This document shows, piece after piece, positions 60,935 through 64,000 of a stretch of DNA of 64,000 bases. The first letter of the stretch is position 1. The number at the start of each line of letters is the position of its first letter. The stretch is from Podarcis muralis. Taxonomy: Eukaryota. A program made the translations under genes and the position numbers. The notes under the pieces are model-generated. The model worked only from the letters and a program-made list of their open reading frames with translations, did not search any database and was not told the origin of the DNA. Where the stretch lies: positions 20,026,001 to 20,090,000 of the forward strand of contig NC_135668.1 of assembly GCF_964188315.1 (NCBI RefSeq), given 5' to 3'.

Positions 60935-62482
60935 GTGAGTTGGAAAGGCACAGAGGAGTTGCATGCTAATCCCTCCTTTTCTTCACAAGGCCGCCCCAAC
61001 GGCAGCACTAGATAAGATTGTAATGTACTCCACTGGAGATGTCCCTCCCCCCCCCCCCCAAAAAAAAAGAGCAGTAGGCAGTTTGGAAGAAGGACTACTG
61101 CTTGTGGTCTAGATGCTAGCTCCTCTTTGGTCCCCGATAAACAGATTTTAAGGATTTTATATTGTTTCACAAACTAACAAATCCCATTTGTCTGGAGGTG
61201 ACAGTGAAACAAAGATAAATGTGTATGTACACATTGAGAAGTAAAACTCCTTTCAAACCCATTTTTAGTTTTTTTAAACTTTTTTGTTTTGTTTTGGGTG
61301 CCAGTCCTTTCTGGCTCTACATTCAGCAACCTTGATCAAGTCATACTTATATATAACATGGGATTGAGAATGTCTGGCCTTGTTGGATTGTTGTGAGAAT
61401 GTAATGATGGTTGAAAAGCACTTTGCAGAACTAAAGTGCTATCTGTATTTCATACATACATCACACTTGAATAACTGGCTTTTAATACTCTGTCCTGTGA
61501 GAGGAGTGGAGAAAGAGGTAGGTAGAGATGTCATTTTTATACCTGAGGTTACATTAGCTGGGACTGAACACTTTATTTCTCTCTTCCAGAATAACTAATT
61601 GCCCTCCCTTCCTCATAATTGCATGTGTTAATGTATACAATTTTGTCTCTTACTAAAGTTGCAAAATGTAGTTCTACCACCATGGGGTTTTTAGTAGAAG
61701 ACTGACCTCTGTCTTCTACTGTCACCATAGACAGTTGGGAGAGATTTTTTTTGGCAAAAGCATTCTGAATTGGTAGTACAGGGGAGAAGTGCAGACCCAG
61801 CATGGAGGAGATTGGCAACATCCTAGATGTGCGAAAAGTTTTGTTAAGTAATATGGACTTCTGTTACCTCTTGCATTGTCATTGTTTCATAGGCAATCCT
61901 CCAATAAAGGCCTGCCAAACTATAGCTATATTTCTGTATGGATGCCACAGTAAGTCTGATCTACAGATACACCAGAATGAGGTGGTGGAGGGCTGAGATG
62001 GTATAATAGATGGCTTTACTTTAGACAGAATGATCATATTTTTAAATAGTCACCTATATATTTTTTAAAAATACATACATAGAAAACAAACTTGGTTGAC
62101 AAAGGACTAGGATAGAACCTTTCCCCCTACTGTGCTATTTTTCTCTTGGCAGGAAGGATTTTTTCTTATGTACAGTAGAGGAACATTCAAAACTGGAATT
62201 ACTTGTCTGCAGTAATGCAGTTCAAGATTCCATCTCAACTTTCTGCCGCCTCATTCACATGTGTAGACAAGGTCTCCCAGGACTTGCCATTCTTGTAGAG
62301 ATCCTGGACTGTTCTGTGTCATTCTGAGGGTTAGAACTTATCATAATGGAAGTCTTATTCCTATAGATTGAGGACTCAATCTGATGGTTTATTAAATGTT
62401 TTAAATGCTTTCCATCCAAAAGTGGGCATTTTGGGGTTTGTGGACTAGTTAGCCATTGCTCTGCTGCCTTACTACCTTGCAG

Positions 62483-62629
62483 ATTGCATCCTGGGACTGG
62501 GTGAACATTAGTAGCATCAACAATCTAGTAGATGTGCATGCCTTATATGTTGGAGGCCAGCCACTGGAGAAAGAAGCCCGGGAGCTCTTTGTCAAAGGGA
62601 GCATGAATGACATCAGGAATAACTTCCAG
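62483..62629 (+). CDS. POLG: POLG coding exon 4
   Basis: ccttgcAG| ... |gtaggg, 147 nt. Translates [49 protein letters not shown]. Confidence 0.97.
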
Positions 62630-62935
62630 GTAGGGAGATAATCTATAGGATGGTACTTTTTAAGGGGAGGGATCAAGGGACCACTGCTCAGTTGTAGAGC
62701 ATATTCTTTGCACGTAGAATGCTCCATGTTTGAAGTCTGGCATCCCTAGTGTGAAGGAAAGGGTCTTGGTATACCTGGGAAAGATGTACGATTTCAATCT
62801 GGAGCACTTTTGCCAGTCAAAGGAGAATACTAGAATAGACTGACCGATGGTGTGACTTAGTAGAATGTGGCTTTTGATACAGGTGTACATAATTTATTCT
62901 CCCATTCCCTCTATTCTCTCTGTCTCCCTTCCAAG

Positions 62936-63015
62936 GACCTGATGAGATACTGTGCCCTTGATGTTCAGGCTACTTATGAAGTATTCCAGGAGCAGCTTCC
63001 TCTCTTCTTGGAAAG
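62936..63015 (+). CDS. POLG: POLG coding exon 5 (ExoIII motif); the gene continues beyond the window
   Basis: Polypyrimidine tract then ccAAG| ... AG|gtgagt, 80 nt. Translates [27 protein letters not shown] (YxxxD ExoIII). Confidence 0.96.
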
Positions 63016-64000
63016 GTGAGTATTTGGGGGGGGGGGTTGAAATGTGGAATTCTTTATGATGGTGTGTCCATTTATGAGATAGCTTGTTCTGGGTTAGCCA
63101 ATAGTGTTAGGTTGCCTGTGTGTGTCAGAAGCATCTTAGGGACAAGATGGTGTTAGATTATCAATACAATAAGAGATATCGCTCTTATGTGATTGTAATA
63201 GTGGGGCACCGGAATCGTTGCATCACATAATCTTTGACTGTGCTTTTCACTTACCGGCCAGGAGCAAGTTTCTTGCTCAATATCTTAAGGGAATTGCCGA
63301 TGATACGATTGAAGCCAAACTGAGATATCTACTAATTGATGATGACCCCCTAAAATCACTCATGGTTGCCAGATTCCTGATTAGCGTCCTATCCCTAAAG
63401 AAGAGAAACGGTCTTCTGTGTGATTCGGATAACCCCTTTAAACCATTACCTATGTTTTAGGTGATATCACCATTGTTTTAAACCATGATCTATGTTTTAG
63501 GCGATATCACCATTGATATCCCTGATTAATTTATGAGCAGAGGGCGATGTATAGGTTACAAATTTATTGTAATGTATGATGGTGGTTTCTGTTTTTGTAT
63601 GATGGTGGTTTTTGTTTTTGTTTTGCTTCGATTATTGTTTTTTCTTTTGTAAGTTTTGGCGATTTTAAATTTGGAGGTTTAAGTATAATATGTTGGTATG
63701 GGAAACTGTCGTGTAACGGGCCAATGGCCGTAATAAAGATCAATCCAATCCAATCAATAAACCCCTTTACACTTTATCTTGCTAGGGATTCTGGTCTCAC
63801 CTTTCTTTAGATACAGATAAAACTTGCAAGGTTCAGCATGGTGGTAAAGTATCAGTACAAATCAACCAGTGTTACAATTTTGCAAGAAAGAAACAAGAAG
63901 CAGTATCTCCCCAAACATATTAATCCTTCAGAAGTGGTGCAAGTGCATATACAAAATTTTTCAGTGAAAGAAACAGATAATAGTTAACCAGAATTTACAA

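Noticed and set aside
63440-63630. Short direct repeats (~39 bp x2 and ~24 bp x2) in a POLG intron; similar duplications at 5595-5625, 45150-45195 and 45595-45637
   Set aside because: Ordinary slippage duplications within or next to repeat fragments; no sign of function.

Overview
Squamate genomic DNA, probably a lacertid lizard (Sauria SINEs, a BovB fragment and lizard-type MITEs). The window is the recognisable orthologue of the vertebrate MIR9-3 / tRNA-Arg(TCG) / POLG locus. It contains a pre-miR-9 hairpin with miR-9-3-type flanks on the minus strand (~21.9 kb) and a CpG-island-rich block depleted of young transposons (~20.6-43 kb) that carries CRE, CCAAT and REST-like motifs. An intact tRNA-Arg(TCG) gene lies on the minus strand (55189-55261), head-to-head with the POLG promoter, and the first five coding exons of POLG follow on the plus strand (57148-63015; the gene runs off the window). 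Both flanks are dense in SINEs, LINE fragments (BovB, L1, L2, CR1) and hAT and Tc1/mariner MITEs, several with clear TSDs and nesting. There is a 187-N gap at 47953-48139. I found no new protein-coding system, and most ORFs in the track are chance or repeat-derived. The best leads are non-coding: candidate long-range neural enhancers, an apparently exonic miR-9-3, RE1 sites, a 19-nt copy of the tRNA anticodon arm 29 kb from the tRNA, a possible CTCF/tRNA boundary, a hAT MITE carrying TTAGGG-containing repeats, and the status of the POLGARF frame. Comparisons with human are from memory and were not run.
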